From the IMG/VR virus record IMGVR_UViG_3300028734_000016: a DNA stretch of 64,000 nucleotides; one strand, written 5' to 3'. Both the position numbers and the translations under genes were made by a program. Shown in pieces: positions 38,015 through 48,621 of this stretch (the stretch's first letter is position 1; each line of letters begins with the position of its first letter). Below the pieces are notes generated by a model. The model did no database searches and was not told where the DNA came from. It saw only the letters and a list, made by a program, of their open reading frames with translations. This DNA comes from a virus (lineage: Duplodnaviria > Heunggongvirae > Uroviricota > Caudoviricetes).

Positions 38015-38224
38015 TCTAATAATTTATTATTTTTCTATTTCATTAATCTTCTTCAATTCATTAATTAATATAATGTTAGATTGCATTCTTTTCTTATTCT
38101 TATAATAATTTTGATTATTTCTCTTGACTTTTGATACTTTTACTTTTCTTGTTTTTCCCATTAAATATAAATCATTTTTTATAATATATAAAAAATAATA
38201 TAAAAAGTTTTATATATATACTAT

Positions 38225-38695
38225 ATGAAAAATATTAAAACATTTGAAAACTGGAAAGATAATATAATAGATGATAAATTATTTACTAGCGGTAAAGCTA
38301 AATATGATCCAACTGTATTTGGTGGAATTATTAAATATAAGTCAGGAAACGTTGAACCATATTATTTTGCTAGAATACAGAAAAAAGGAGGAATTTTTAT
38401 TTGTAAAATTTTCAAGAAAAATAAAGATGGTGAAAGTATAAGATTGAGAAATAAAAAGAAAGATGATTTGAAATCTGCTCATAATTATGTTAGAGAATTT
38501 ATAAATCAAAGGTTGAAAAGAGATGAAGAAAAAGTAGAAACAAATGACACTTTTTTTGAACCTAAAAAAAGACATCATAATATAGACAATGACAAATTAT
38601 TCACTGATGATTATAGTGATGATAAGCCTATTGATCCTTATATACAACCAATAATAGAGCCACAAAAAAGAAAAACTATCATTAGAAGATTTTAA
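38225..38695 (+). CDS. hypothetical basic protein (MKNIKTFENW start type)
   Basis: 156-aa ORF. Confidence 0.55.
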   Translation: MKNIKTFENWKDNIIDDKLFTSGKAKYDPTVFGGIIKYKSGNVEPYYFARIQKKGGIFICKIFKKNKDGESIRLRNKKKDDLKSAHNYVREFINQRLKRDEEKVETNDTFFEPKKRHHNIDNDKLFTDDYSDDKPIDPYIQPIIEPQKRKTIIRRF

Positions 38696-38784
38696 AAAAA
38701 TTCCTTATATAAAAATATAAGGAATTTTTATTTGAACTTTTTACGTAATTGTTAATATAACAATTATAAAAATAATTTTAAAAA

Positions 38785-39300
38785 ATGAAATACTATGTTG
38801 TAAAAGTTGCCAATGGCAAAGAAAAGAAAGTTAAAGAATCAATTGAAACAGAATTGAAAGTTAATCCGATTGAAAATATAATTTCTAATATATTAGTACC
38901 ATCATCAAAAACACAACAGTTAAGAAATGGTAAAAAAATTAATGTAGAAAAAATAAATATACCTGGATATATTTTTATTGAATGTGAATCAATTGATAAT
39001 GCTGAAGGATATATTAAACATATTAGTGGTGTACAAAGTGTATTAAAAAAACCTTTAAGACAATCTGAAGTCGATAGATTATTAGATAAAAAAACTACTG
39101 AGGAAGTTATTGTAAATGAAAATGCATATTACATTAAAGAAAGAGTAAAAATAATTGATGGACCTTTTAATACATTTAAAGGAGTCATTAAAACATTAGA
39201 CAACTCTAAACAAAAATCTAAAATATCTGTTAATGTATTTGACAGAGAAGTAATTTTAGATTTGACATATTCTCAATTCATAAAAGATATTGAACAATAA
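38785..39300 (+). CDS. NusG/Spt5-like transcription factor (NGN + KOW domains)
   Basis: N-terminal YYVVKVANGKEKKVKESIE (NGN-like), C-terminal IIDGPFNTFKGVIKTLD (KOW). Confidence 0.75.
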   Translation: MKYYVVKVANGKEKKVKESIETELKVNPIENIISNILVPSSKTQQLRNGKKINVEKINIPGYIFIECESIDNAEGYIKHISGVQSVLKKPLRQSEVDRLLDKKTTEEVIVNENAYYIKERVKIIDGPFNTFKGVIKTLDNSKQKSKISVNVFDREVILDLTYSQFIKDIEQ

Positions 39301-39450
39301 TATATTTTTAAATTCATGTTAAGCTTAAAACAAAAAACCTTGAAAAAATTTTCAAGGTTTTTTTATTATAATAAGTGTTAAATAATCTTAATTAAGTTTA
39401 AATGATAATATATTTTATTGATATTGTAAATATATACATCGAAAAAAGTC

Positions 39451-39960
39451 ATGAGAAAATTAAAAACATTCAATGAGAATATTGCTGATAATGTCATACA
39501 AAAGGAATACATATCAACAGATGAATTAGAAGAACAATTAGAATCTATAATTAAATTAAACAATTTTGAAGCTTCTATAAAACTTCTCAGAAGTATAAAA
39601 TCAGATTATCCTTATATAAAAACAGAATCACCATATAAAGAGATATATACATCGTTTTTAAAAAAATGGTATGATAAATTTAAAACAGAATTGGATTTAT
39701 ATGAACCAGAAAATACATTTGAAAAAATCGATTATACAGTAGAGAAAGATTATATATCAATCGTAGAATTGAAATCTATGCTGACTGCAGCATTAAAGCC
39801 TTATAATTTTGAAGCATCAACAAAACTATTTAGAACATTAAGAAATAATTATCCATATATAAAAACATCTCAACCATATAAGGCGTTATATGAGGAGTAT
39901 TTGGAAAAATGGAACAATAAATTCAAAGAAGAAATACAAATTTATGTTCTTGAAAAATAG
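39451..39960 (+). CDS. hypothetical protein with internal duplication (YPYIKT...PYK... x2)
   Basis: two ~75-aa repeats in the translation. Confidence 0.55.
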   Translation: MRKLKTFNENIADNVIQKEYISTDELEEQLESIIKLNNFEASIKLLRSIKSDYPYIKTESPYKEIYTSFLKKWYDKFKTELDLYEPENTFEKIDYTVEKDYISIVELKSMLTAALKPYNFEASTKLFRTLRNNYPYIKTSQPYKALYEEYLEKWNNKFKEEIQIYVLEK

Positions 39961-39965
39961 TTAAT

Positions 39966-39998
39966 AAAAAAAAGAGAATCATATGATTCTCTTTTTTT
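39966..39998. terminator. hairpin AAGAGAATCAT-atg-ATTCTCTT + T7
   Basis: read directly. Confidence 0.6.
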
Positions 39999-40004
39999 AA
40001 TATA

Positions 40005-41162
40005 TTATTCGTCTATTTTTGTCTTCACATCAGCAAAGTTTAGATAAATTTTTCTATCATCTTTTATTAATGATATGACTTTAACTTTAACTTCATCTCC
40101 GACATTATATTTTTTCTCATTTCTGTTAATATATGCAGTCTGGATTAATCCAGTCGTTTCATCATCTAATGTGATAAGTGCTCCAAAGTTTTTAATATCT
40201 CTAATTTTACCAGTTAATATTTTACCAACTTTAATACTATCCCACATTGATTCTTTTAAAATTTGAGTAAGAATAATTTTATTATTTTTGATAACTTCTT
40301 TGACATAAAACTCAATTGTCATACCAGGCAAAATTTCATTCCATTTATTTTGCCATTTCTCGCCAATATTAGCTTTGTGAACCATACCTGTTAAACAATT
40401 AGGACCATTTTCAGTAGCTTTGAATTGTACAAAAACTCCAAAAGGTGTTGTTCCTGTAATAATTCCTTGATATGTAATATCATGCTTCAATTTTCGTACT
40501 TCATCTGGAATTAATGATTGTAAATATTTCTTTCTTGATACTACATAAACGCCTTTTTCTTGCTGTAATGTTTCTAGCATTACTTCAAATGTCATACCTA
40601 ATATAGATTCAGAATCTGTTAATTTATTTACATCTGCTAACGTATTAGGCATAAATGCTTCAATTCTAACATTATCCATAAGAATATCCATCATATAACC
40701 TGCTGGTATCATTGATTTAACTTCTGAGATAAGTGGTAATCTTTGTTCATAATATTCTTTCATTTTATTATGAACATTTTGCTTAATGAGTTCTGTGATA
40801 GAACCTTTAATTAGGTAAGGTTTTTCTGAAACAGAAGTAATTAACACATCAATTGAATCACCAACCAATAATTCTGTTATAACTGTATTCAATTTTGGTT
40901 TTTCTACGTAGATAAAATCTTTAAATCCAAAATCAATTAAGATTTCTTTTTGACTGATTGATGATATTGTACCAGTAACAACTTGATTTTCTTTAATCTC
41001 TTTTATACCTGATAAAGACATTTCCATCTTTTCATACATATCTCTATATTCTTGATTCAAATCACCAGAACTTTTTACTTTTCTGATTTTATTATTTGTC
41101 AATTCTGGAAATGGATCAGGTAAACTACCGATATTCACACCTACTATTAATTCTGTATTCAT
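40005..41162 (-). CDS. ribosomal protein S1-like protein with ~4 S1 RNA-binding domains
   Basis: S1-type segments VVTGTISSISQKEILIDFGFKDFIYV, GIITGTTPFGVFVQF, ILTGKIRDIKNFGALITL, VGDEVKVKVISL. Confidence 0.75.
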   Translation of the reverse strand: MNTELIVGVNIGSLPDPFPELTNNKIRKVKSSGDLNQEYRDMYEKMEMSLSGIKEIKENQVVTGTISSISQKEILIDFGFKDFIYVEKPKLNTVITELLVGDSIDVLITSVSEKPYLIKGSITELIKQNVHNKMKEYYEQRLPLISEVKSMIPAGYMMDILMDNVRIEAFMPNTLADVNKLTDSESILGMTFEVMLETLQQEKGVYVVSRKKYLQSLIPDEVRKLKHDITYQGIITGTTPFGVFVQFKATENGPNCLTGMVHKANIGEKWQNKWNEILPGMTIEFYVKEVIKNNKIILTQILKESMWDSIKVGKILTGKIRDIKNFGALITLDDETTGLIQTAYINRNEKKYNVGDEVKVKVISLIKDDRKIYLNFADVKTKIDE

Positions 41163-41207
41163 TTTATTTTTTTTTAAAAGTTAATAATTTATTTTGTTTG
41201 TTTGTTT

Positions 41208-41459
41208 TTATTGTATGATATAATTATTAGAAAGTTTATTTATTTCTAATTGATTTATTTTTTTTGCCCTAATTTTTCTGTTTGCATTTTTATAATATTT
41301 ATCGTCATCTTTATAATACATACGAAAAGTTTTTTGATCTAAATATGGAGAACCTTTTAAATATTTTTCATTAAATTCAATAAGATACAATTCATATGAT
41401 ATATTATCAATTTCTGTTGAATTCTCTATATTCCATTTGCCGTTATTTTTAGCTTTCAT
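41208..41459 (-). CDS. hypothetical small protein
   Basis: 83-aa ORF. Confidence 0.4.
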   Translation of the reverse strand: MKAKNNGKWNIENSTEIDNISYELYLIEFNEKYLKGSPYLDQKTFRMYYKDDDKYYKNANRKIRAKKINQLEINKLSNNYIIQ

Positions 41460-41511
41460 AATATAATTATTATGATAGATTATATCAATTTAAAATAAAA
41501 AGTTTAAAATA

Positions 41512-42159
41512 TTAAAATTTATAATTGTTCTGAGGTCTTTTCATTGGTAAAATTTCATTAGTGTGATCCCAAGTTTCAGATGTGAATATATTCTCTTGTT
41601 TATAATCAGGTGTTTCAGTTATATCCCAATAAACATCCATGAAATTAAATTTGAATTGCACTGTGAAAGTTTGTTCAGATACATCCATTGCCTGATACAT
41701 AAATCTAACTTCTGATAATGATTTAAATAGGGCAGTTCTAAATACTACAGAATATAGAAAATCTCCATCCTTATCCAAAATAAATAAATTAATATGAGGT
41801 AAAAAATGTTTTCTAGTATTGTTATAATATTCATTGAATATTTGTTGCATCATAAAATAATTAGAATGTGAATCAACACTTCTAAATGTAATATCCAAAG
41901 TATTATTATATGTATCATAAATATTTGTTGATGGCTTATACTCAAGTTTCTTACCATATTTGAGTACTTGTTCAGATCCTTCATATGTGATACTTGGAAA
42001 CACAATTTCTTTTATTGTAGAGTTAAGGTATGATATTGGATCTAAATATGGTATCCAGTTTTTATGTAAATATTTACTCATTCTATCGTTAACTTCTTTG
42101 GACACAATATCAGTTGGCAATTGAAAAAGTACCTGATTGTTTTGCGAACTTATTCTCAT
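41512..42159 (-). CDS. hypothetical protein
   Basis: 215-aa ORF. Confidence 0.55.
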   Translation of the reverse strand: MRISSQNNQVLFQLPTDIVSKEVNDRMSKYLHKNWIPYLDPISYLNSTIKEIVFPSITYEGSEQVLKYGKKLEYKPSTNIYDTYNNTLDITFRSVDSHSNYFMMQQIFNEYYNNTRKHFLPHINLFILDKDGDFLYSVVFRTALFKSLSEVRFMYQAMDVSEQTFTVQFKFNFMDVYWDITETPDYKQENIFTSETWDHTNEILPMKRPQNNYKF

Positions 42160-42221
42160 ATTTTTATTTCATTTTTTATATAAATTTAAATATAACTATG
42201 ATTTAATTATATATATTTTAT

Positions 42222-43294
42222 GTGTTGTATATTGTATATATAAAAAAACTAATAGTAAAAATGATAAAAGAAAAAATCATAAAAATAAAAATATCGACAA
42301 AAAAAATAAAAATTTATAATGATCTTGGATATAATGTAAATTTTAATGATATATTAGAAATTCCTATTGAACATTTACAAAAAGGATATCAAATAATGAT
42401 AATAGGTATATGTGATTCTTGTGGAAAAGAGAAAAGTATGATGTATAAAACATATTTATATTGCATTAATAATTCATATTTATATTGTCATGAGAATATA
42501 TATTATTGTAAAAAATGCGCTTCAGAAAAAATTAAAAAAATTATGAAGAAAAAATATGGAGTTGAATATGCAATGAAAAGTGAATTATTTAAAAATAAAG
42601 CTAAAACTACATGGTTAAAAAATTTAGGAGTTGATCATCCATCTAAATCGAAAAAAATAAGATCAAAATTTAATAACACCATGATTGAAAGATATGGATG
42701 CAAAAATGCATTAGAAAATACTAAAATAAAAAATAAAATGTTTTTAAAACAATTTAATGATAATAATGGAATGTACTTTGTACAAACTGAATCATTTAAA
42801 GAGAAAAGTAAAATAACATGTTTAGAAAAATATGATGTTGAAAAATATTTACAATCTGAAGATAAAAAAGAAAAAACTAAATCTACATGTTTAATTAAAT
42901 ACGGAGTAAATCATTCGAGTCAATGTACAGAAATTTTAAATAAAATTTTAAATACTTCTAAAAAGATGATAAAATTTAAAGATACCAATTTATTTTATCA
43001 AGGATCATACGAAAAAAATTTTTAGAATTGTGTGAAAAAATAGGAATATTAAGAAATATAAAAAGAGGGTTTTCTATAAAATACAAATTAAATAATGATA
43101 ATTTAATTTATTTTCCAGATTTTTATTTAGAAAAATTAAATATGATAATTGAAATAAAATCATCATATTGGTATAAATTTCATGAAGATAGGAACATAGA
43201 AAAAGAAAAAGAATGTAAAAAATTGGGATATATTTACATTTTAATTGTAAATAAAGATTATTCTGAATTTAATAAAAAAATATTTAATTTATAA
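42222..43294 (+). pseudogene. zinc-finger + repeat + PD-(D/E)xK-like nuclease gene split into two frames (42222-43025, 43028-43294) at an A7 run; frameshifted or slippage-dependent
   Basis: N-terminal CxxC...CxxC, KYGV...H.S repeats, C-terminal FPDFYLEKLNMIIEIKS; frame shift of +1 next to cgAAAAAAAttttTAG. Confidence 0.5.
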
Positions 43295-43685
43295 TTTGTT
43301 TTATTTTATAAAAATTGTTGCTATAATTTGGAGACTCTTCTTCAAAATTCAGAACATTTTTAATATAATTAGCAAATCTATCAGTTAGAACAGATTCAAT
43401 AAAAATGTTTTTATCTGGATATATTTCTTCAAATTTTTTAAGTATTTTAGTAAATAATCCATTATTTGGTTCTGTCACATCTATACTAGCAAAATCAAAA
43501 AAATCATATACATTACCTTTAAATGATCTTTTAGATCTTCTGATATATATACTTATTTCATCATTAGATATCCAAAGATTTCTTGTGTTTGAATCTAAAA
43601 AATTTGATATTTGATTTAATATATCATCTATATCAGATATATCATATTTTTCAAAAGTTTTCAAATAATTCATAGTATATTTCAT
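43284..43685 (-). CDS. hypothetical protein (MKYTMNYLKTFEKY start type)
   Basis: 133-aa ORF. Confidence 0.5.
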   Translation of the reverse strand: MKYTMNYLKTFEKYDISDIDDILNQISNFLDSNTRNLWISNDEISIYIRRSKRSFKGNVYDFFDFASIDVTEPNNGLFTKILKKFEEIYPDKNIFIESVLTDRFANYIKNVLNFEEESPNYSNNFYKIKQIIN

Positions 43686-43688
43686 ATT

Positions 43689-43937
43689 TTATATAGTTGT
43701 TGTTATGCTAGTAGAAGTAATTCCTTCATTTCCATATCTTTTTAATGGTAGAACTTCCAGTTTTAATATATTTGGGTTATTTAACAATGATCTATATTCA
43801 GCTTCAGAAATTTCAGATGCCATTATGACGTTATCCCTAGTAAACACTATAGTACCTCCACTTGATATAATTTCATTTGTTATGTCATCATTATATGTTA
43901 ATCCTTTAAATAGTGAACTTTGTGTTGATGTTGCCAT
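43689..43937 (-). CDS. small protein sharing an N-terminal domain with 43954-45228
   Basis: GGTIVFTRDNVIMASEISEAEY...NPNILKLEVLPLKRYG vs GGTILYSYDNMIIASEITDSFY...NPNIEYIDSLPLKKYG. Confidence 0.5.
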   Translation of the reverse strand: MATSTQSSLFKGLTYNDDITNEIISSGGTIVFTRDNVIMASEISEAEYRSLLNNPNILKLEVLPLKRYGNEGITSTSITTTI

Positions 43938-43953
43938 TTGTTAAGTTGTTATT

Positions 43954-45228
43954 TTATATATTAAAATTCGGAATTGTAATTGTTAAATCTTTAGTTGAAT
44001 CACCAAATGCATTAATGGCTTTTATTTTTATATTTGATATTCCAGGATAATTAGGTGTACCACTTATTATATTACCCAGAAGATTTAATCCGCTAGGCAA
44101 TTTACCTATTATTTTATATGTTGAATTTATATCTGTTGATTCTATTGTGTAATTAAAAGGAAAATAATAACTACCTAAAACAGAACCAGAACTAGTAATA
44201 ATAGGAATGTAGCCAACACCAATAGATAACTGTTTAGAATCAACCCCTGTTATTCCAGATGCTATTAGATTCACAATCGTACTACCTGTTTCAGAACAAA
44301 TTCCATTAATTACTCCAGTTAAATTATTTATACTTAATCCTGATGGTAACGGAGTTGCATCATATGAACTAGGATAACCATTTGATGATATTTGATATGT
44401 AATAGTTGTTCCAAATTTGCTATTAATTACTAAATTTGTATTAGTTATTTTAACATAATCTATGACAGTTAAAACTAAATTTTTTGATGCTGATCCGTAA
44501 TAATTTATTGCACTATATCTAAAATTATATACTCCACTTACAGATGATGTTACTCCACTTATTCTGTTCAAATTTATTCCTACTGTTCCAGTATAATTAC
44601 CTGGAGATATGAGTTCATATTTTATAGGTGAAGTTCCAGTTGCAGTTATAAGATAATCAAATTTACTATTTGTTTCTACACTTAAATCGAAATATTCATT
44701 TGTGATGATAGGATGTATTATTGTTCTAGTTGGAATATTAGAATTTCCTGATACTCCATCTTGTAGTGTAGTGGTAAGTGTATTTAATGTATTTATAGAA
44801 TTCGTGATATCATTGGTATAACCAGTTACATTTATACCAGTTGTGAATACGTTATTATATTTACTACCTGAGCCAGTGATAGTTGATCCGGAATTTGTAA
44901 TCGGGTTAGAACTCAAATTAGAACTATTACCTGTATCAATTTTAATTTGGTTTATTAAGTCATAATTTATATCACCATATTTTTTTAATGGCAAAGAATC
45001 TATATACTCAATATTAGGATTTTTTATTAATTCACTATAGAATGAATCTGTAATTTCAGATGCTATTATCATATTATCATATGAATATAAAATAGTACCT
45101 CCTTGTAAATTTATAATACTCTCAATTGATGAATTATAACTTAATGTTGTACCAGATGACATATTTAATACATTAAGTAAATCAACTTTACCATTTAATA
45201 TTGTTGTAGTTGTAGTTGTAGTTATCAT
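43954..45228 (-). CDS. Ig-like (He_PIG-type) repeat surface/adhesin- or fibre-like protein
   Basis: three LP-x-GL-x(5)-TG-x-I-x-G repeats; S/T/N-rich. Confidence 0.7.
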   Translation of the reverse strand: MITTTTTTTILNGKVDLLNVLNMSSGTTLSYNSSIESIINLQGGTILYSYDNMIIASEITDSFYSELIKNPNIEYIDSLPLKKYGDINYDLINQIKIDTGNSSNLSSNPITNSGSTITGSGSKYNNVFTTGINVTGYTNDITNSINTLNTLTTTLQDGVSGNSNIPTRTIIHPIITNEYFDLSVETNSKFDYLITATGTSPIKYELISPGNYTGTVGINLNRISGVTSSVSGVYNFRYSAINYYGSASKNLVLTVIDYVKITNTNLVINSKFGTTITYQISSNGYPSSYDATPLPSGLSINNLTGVINGICSETGSTIVNLIASGITGVDSKQLSIGVGYIPIITSSGSVLGSYYFPFNYTIESTDINSTYKIIGKLPSGLNLLGNIISGTPNYPGISNIKIKAINAFGDSTKDLTITIPNFNI

Positions 45229-45239
45229 TATTAATTATT

Positions 45240-47126
45240 TTAATTTGATGTAGAAGATGTATCTTTATATTTTGTATAAATAATAACTGTTCTGCCTGCC
45301 ATAGGCCATATAGATTCTGATGATGTAGTAGTGTTAGTAGATGAACTACCTGATGATATAGGAACAGAGCTACTTGAATCAGAAATATAATTTGTATTAT
45401 TATCAACAAATGTTATATCTTCAAATAGTGTAAATGTACCAGAATATAATAATGTTCTTACTTTATCTATTCCAATGACTTGATTAGTGCCATTTGATGA
45501 TTGATTGTTTGATACCAATGTCAAATAAAAATTAGTAAATCCTTTATTGTAAATTGATTTTAATACTGTTAGATCATTTTCTATAATTTTAAAATTCACT
45601 ATACCATTTACATAATCATTTGATGCCTCTTTATATATAGATTTTTCTATGGTTTCTGAATCAGATTTAAATATCAATACCAATTCAGAATTATTTAATA
45701 TAGTAGATAAATCATATATAACTAATTGGTTAGTAGTACCATTTGTTGACTGAAGAGATGCTAATCTAAATTGAATAATATTATCAAATGGTGTGATTAC
45801 GATATTTAATAATCCCATAGTTTTATAATCATTATTAGTCAATGCTGTTGATGAACTATTAGATGAACTATTAACTATTAATTTTCCAACTTCTATTAAT
45901 TGAGGAGAATTAACCTTCACAATTTCAGTTGTTATATTACCAGATAAGTAGTCTTTTCCCAAAACAATTTCATCTGGTTTTGCATTATATATTTTAAGTT
46001 TGTTTAAATTTTGTATATTTAAACTGATTAATTTTTTACCATATTTTTGAATATTGTTATCTAAACCTAATGTAGATGTTCTTTCAATTGTGCTCATATC
46101 TACTAAATCAATAACTCTCATAACAACTCTAATTGCAGCAGTTGTATTTGAGAAAGTTAAAATTGGTCTATATAATATAGTTTTTGTGAAATCATCATTT
46201 GATCCATTACCTGACACAACAACAGTTTGCATATTTGTTTGAATATTTTCTTCTAATAGATAAATATCATATTCAATACGCATTCTACGACCTTTATTTT
46301 CCATTTCTCTTATGAAATTATCCAAATTTTGACTTGAATTACCATATGTTCCTTTAATTTCAAAGAAATCTCCTTCCAATGATTCATTTATATTTACAGC
46401 TAATGTATTGTAATCTGCACTTTTTGAAAATGATGTATTATAAGATTCTGATGAATAAAAATATGTTGTACCAAGAACAGTTTCTTTTGTAACTAAATAT
46501 TTAAAATCCACAAAAATTGGTGATGTTTGACTTAATCCTACACCAAGAGTAAAATTATCATTGATTGTATTATTTGAGACTATATTTTCTTTTAATGAAG
46601 TTATTCTTTGATTAGAAACATAATCAATTGACGGTATTTGAAATTCATAATATTTACCCCATTCTTGTTCATCATACAAAAATGGAATAGATAATGTCAT
46701 ACCTGAAGTTGATTTTGTGGTTGAATCAAAAAATATGTTAGCTAATTCGTACACTTTTTCATTATAATAATCATATGTGTAAATTTTAACATATAATCCA
46801 ACATATCCATTTAAAACAAAATTATAATTAGTTGGTAAATATAACTTAACTTTATCATATGGAATAGGAGCAGTATTATAATCTTGATATTGTAAAAAAT
46901 TATACTTTGATACGTCAATCTGAGTATATTTTCTTAAAACAGTATCTAATAAAAATAAGTTATTATTTGTATTGTTATTATTTGAAGTAGATATAAAACT
47001 TCTTTTTTTATTTTCATTAAGATTTGTTATAACTTTGTAATTTTCTGTCACGTTATTTTCATTATCAAATGTCCATTCCATTAAGACATTTGGATTAATC
47101 TTTATTATTTTCTTAGTACTGGACAT
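45240..47126 (-). CDS. large S/T/N-rich structural-type protein, function unknown
   Basis: 628-aa ORF directly upstream of the Ig-like protein. Confidence 0.65.
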   Translation of the reverse strand: MSSTKKIIKINPNVLMEWTFDNENNVTENYKVITNLNENKKRSFISTSNNNNTNNNLFLLDTVLRKYTQIDVSKYNFLQYQDYNTAPIPYDKVKLYLPTNYNFVLNGYVGLYVKIYTYDYYNEKVYELANIFFDSTTKSTSGMTLSIPFLYDEQEWGKYYEFQIPSIDYVSNQRITSLKENIVSNNTINDNFTLGVGLSQTSPIFVDFKYLVTKETVLGTTYFYSSESYNTSFSKSADYNTLAVNINESLEGDFFEIKGTYGNSSQNLDNFIREMENKGRRMRIEYDIYLLEENIQTNMQTVVVSGNGSNDDFTKTILYRPILTFSNTTAAIRVVMRVIDLVDMSTIERTSTLGLDNNIQKYGKKLISLNIQNLNKLKIYNAKPDEIVLGKDYLSGNITTEIVKVNSPQLIEVGKLIVNSSSNSSSTALTNNDYKTMGLLNIVITPFDNIIQFRLASLQSTNGTTNQLVIYDLSTILNNSELVLIFKSDSETIEKSIYKEASNDYVNGIVNFKIIENDLTVLKSIYNKGFTNFYLTLVSNNQSSNGTNQVIGIDKVRTLLYSGTFTLFEDITFVDNNTNYISDSSSSVPISSGSSSTNTTTSSESIWPMAGRTVIIYTKYKDTSSTSN

Positions 47127-47206
47127 ATTGTCGTTATTGTATTTTTTTCTATATATAAAAAAATAAACTTTGTAATATAAAAATAATAAAAATAATAAAA
47201 ATTTTT

Positions 47207-47932
47207 ATGTCTATATTCAATACATTATTAAATAACTCACCAGGTGAACTTTCACATACTTCAACTTCACCTACATCAGATAAATACAGCAAAAAAGAAG
47301 TGTCTTTCTCAGAATTTGAAACACCAATAGATGGAACTACAGCAACAGCGACATGTCAATTAAGTTCATTAATTACATCAAGTGCATCAATTGGATTATC
47401 TAATTCATATATGTATGGATCAATTGACACGTCTAGTGTTAGTTCTAATCCATATTATTCAAATATTTATAATGGAAATTATAATGGAAATTATATTGGA
47501 AGTTTTACATCTAATATGTGGAAAACATCAGAAGAATTGAATCAATTGGAATCAATGAGTTATATTGTTGATTTTGAATTAGATGATGGATCACTATCTA
47601 AATCATTATGTGAAATAACTGATAACTCTTTTATATTTGATTGTAAAATGGATGGAAATAGAATTCAGCCATATGAAAAATTAATGGAATTGATAAATGA
47701 TAAAATTAAAATGTCTGTTAAAATAGAAATTTCGGATGTATTGACATTACACTATACAAATTTACAATTCACAAAAATTGAAAACAATTTCAAATTCAAA
47801 AACGGTTATTGCAGTCTAAGCAAATTGAAAGTTAATTTTAAGTTTGAACAAGTATTATATGAAAATGAAAAACTGTCGATAAAAGAAAAAAGAGCAGATA
47901 AACTAAATAACATATTAAAAAACAATGAGTAA
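47207..47932 (+). CDS. hypothetical protein
   Basis: 241-aa ORF. Confidence 0.55.
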   Translation: MSIFNTLLNNSPGELSHTSTSPTSDKYSKKEVSFSEFETPIDGTTATATCQLSSLITSSASIGLSNSYMYGSIDTSSVSSNPYYSNIYNGNYNGNYIGSFTSNMWKTSEELNQLESMSYIVDFELDDGSLSKSLCEITDNSFIFDCKMDGNRIQPYEKLMELINDKIKMSVKIEISDVLTLHYTNLQFTKIENNFKFKNGYCSLSKLKVNFKFEQVLYENEKLSIKEKRADKLNNILKNNE

Positions 47933-48539
47933 TACAAATAAAACAATTGAGGAATTTGATAATGTAATAAGTATTTGTTCAAATATTTATATGAAGAAAA
48001 TGAAAGATTATGGCGCATCTTGGAGAATTTTAAGACAAAAATCTGTCACAGATCAAATATTCATAAAAGCGAGACGAATTAGAAGTATAGAAACTAAATT
48101 AGATAAAAAAATTGATGAAGGAATAAATTCTGAGCTAATAGCAATTGTGAATTATGGTATAATGGGGCTAATTCAATTAGAACTTGGATATTCTGATTCA
48201 GATGATTTATCATATGATAAAGGTATTGAATTATATACTAAATATATACAGAATGCTAAAGAATTGATGCTAAATAAAAATCATGATTATGATGAGGCTT
48301 GGAGAACAATGAGAATGGAATCATACACAGATTTAATTTTAATGAAGATTTATAGAACTAAACAAATTGAAGATAATGATGGAAAAACTACAATTTCTGA
48401 AGGTATAGATGCAAATTATTTTGATATGATTAATTATGCTATATTCGGATTAATTAAGCTTAACGAACATGATGAAATACTAAAAAATAAAATAACAAAA
48501 ACTACTGAAAGACCTAAAATTAGAATAATACCAGAATGA
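47925..48539 (+). CDS. hypothetical protein with two homologous halves (SWRILRQKSVTDQIFIKARRIRSIE / AWRTMRMESYTDLILMKIYRTKQIE)
   Basis: internal duplication in the translation. Confidence 0.55.
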   Translation: MSNTNKTIEEFDNVISICSNIYMKKMKDYGASWRILRQKSVTDQIFIKARRIRSIETKLDKKIDEGINSELIAIVNYGIMGLIQLELGYSDSDDLSYDKGIELYTKYIQNAKELMLNKNHDYDEAWRTMRMESYTDLILMKIYRTKQIEDNDGKTTISEGIDANYFDMINYAIFGLIKLNEHDEILKNKITKTTERPKIRIIPE

Positions 48540-48621
48540 TCTATTAGTCTTAAATAATATTTATAACACTGGCTTGTTATAAAAGAAAATATAACCTAAT
48601 AAGGTTATATTTTCTTTTTAT

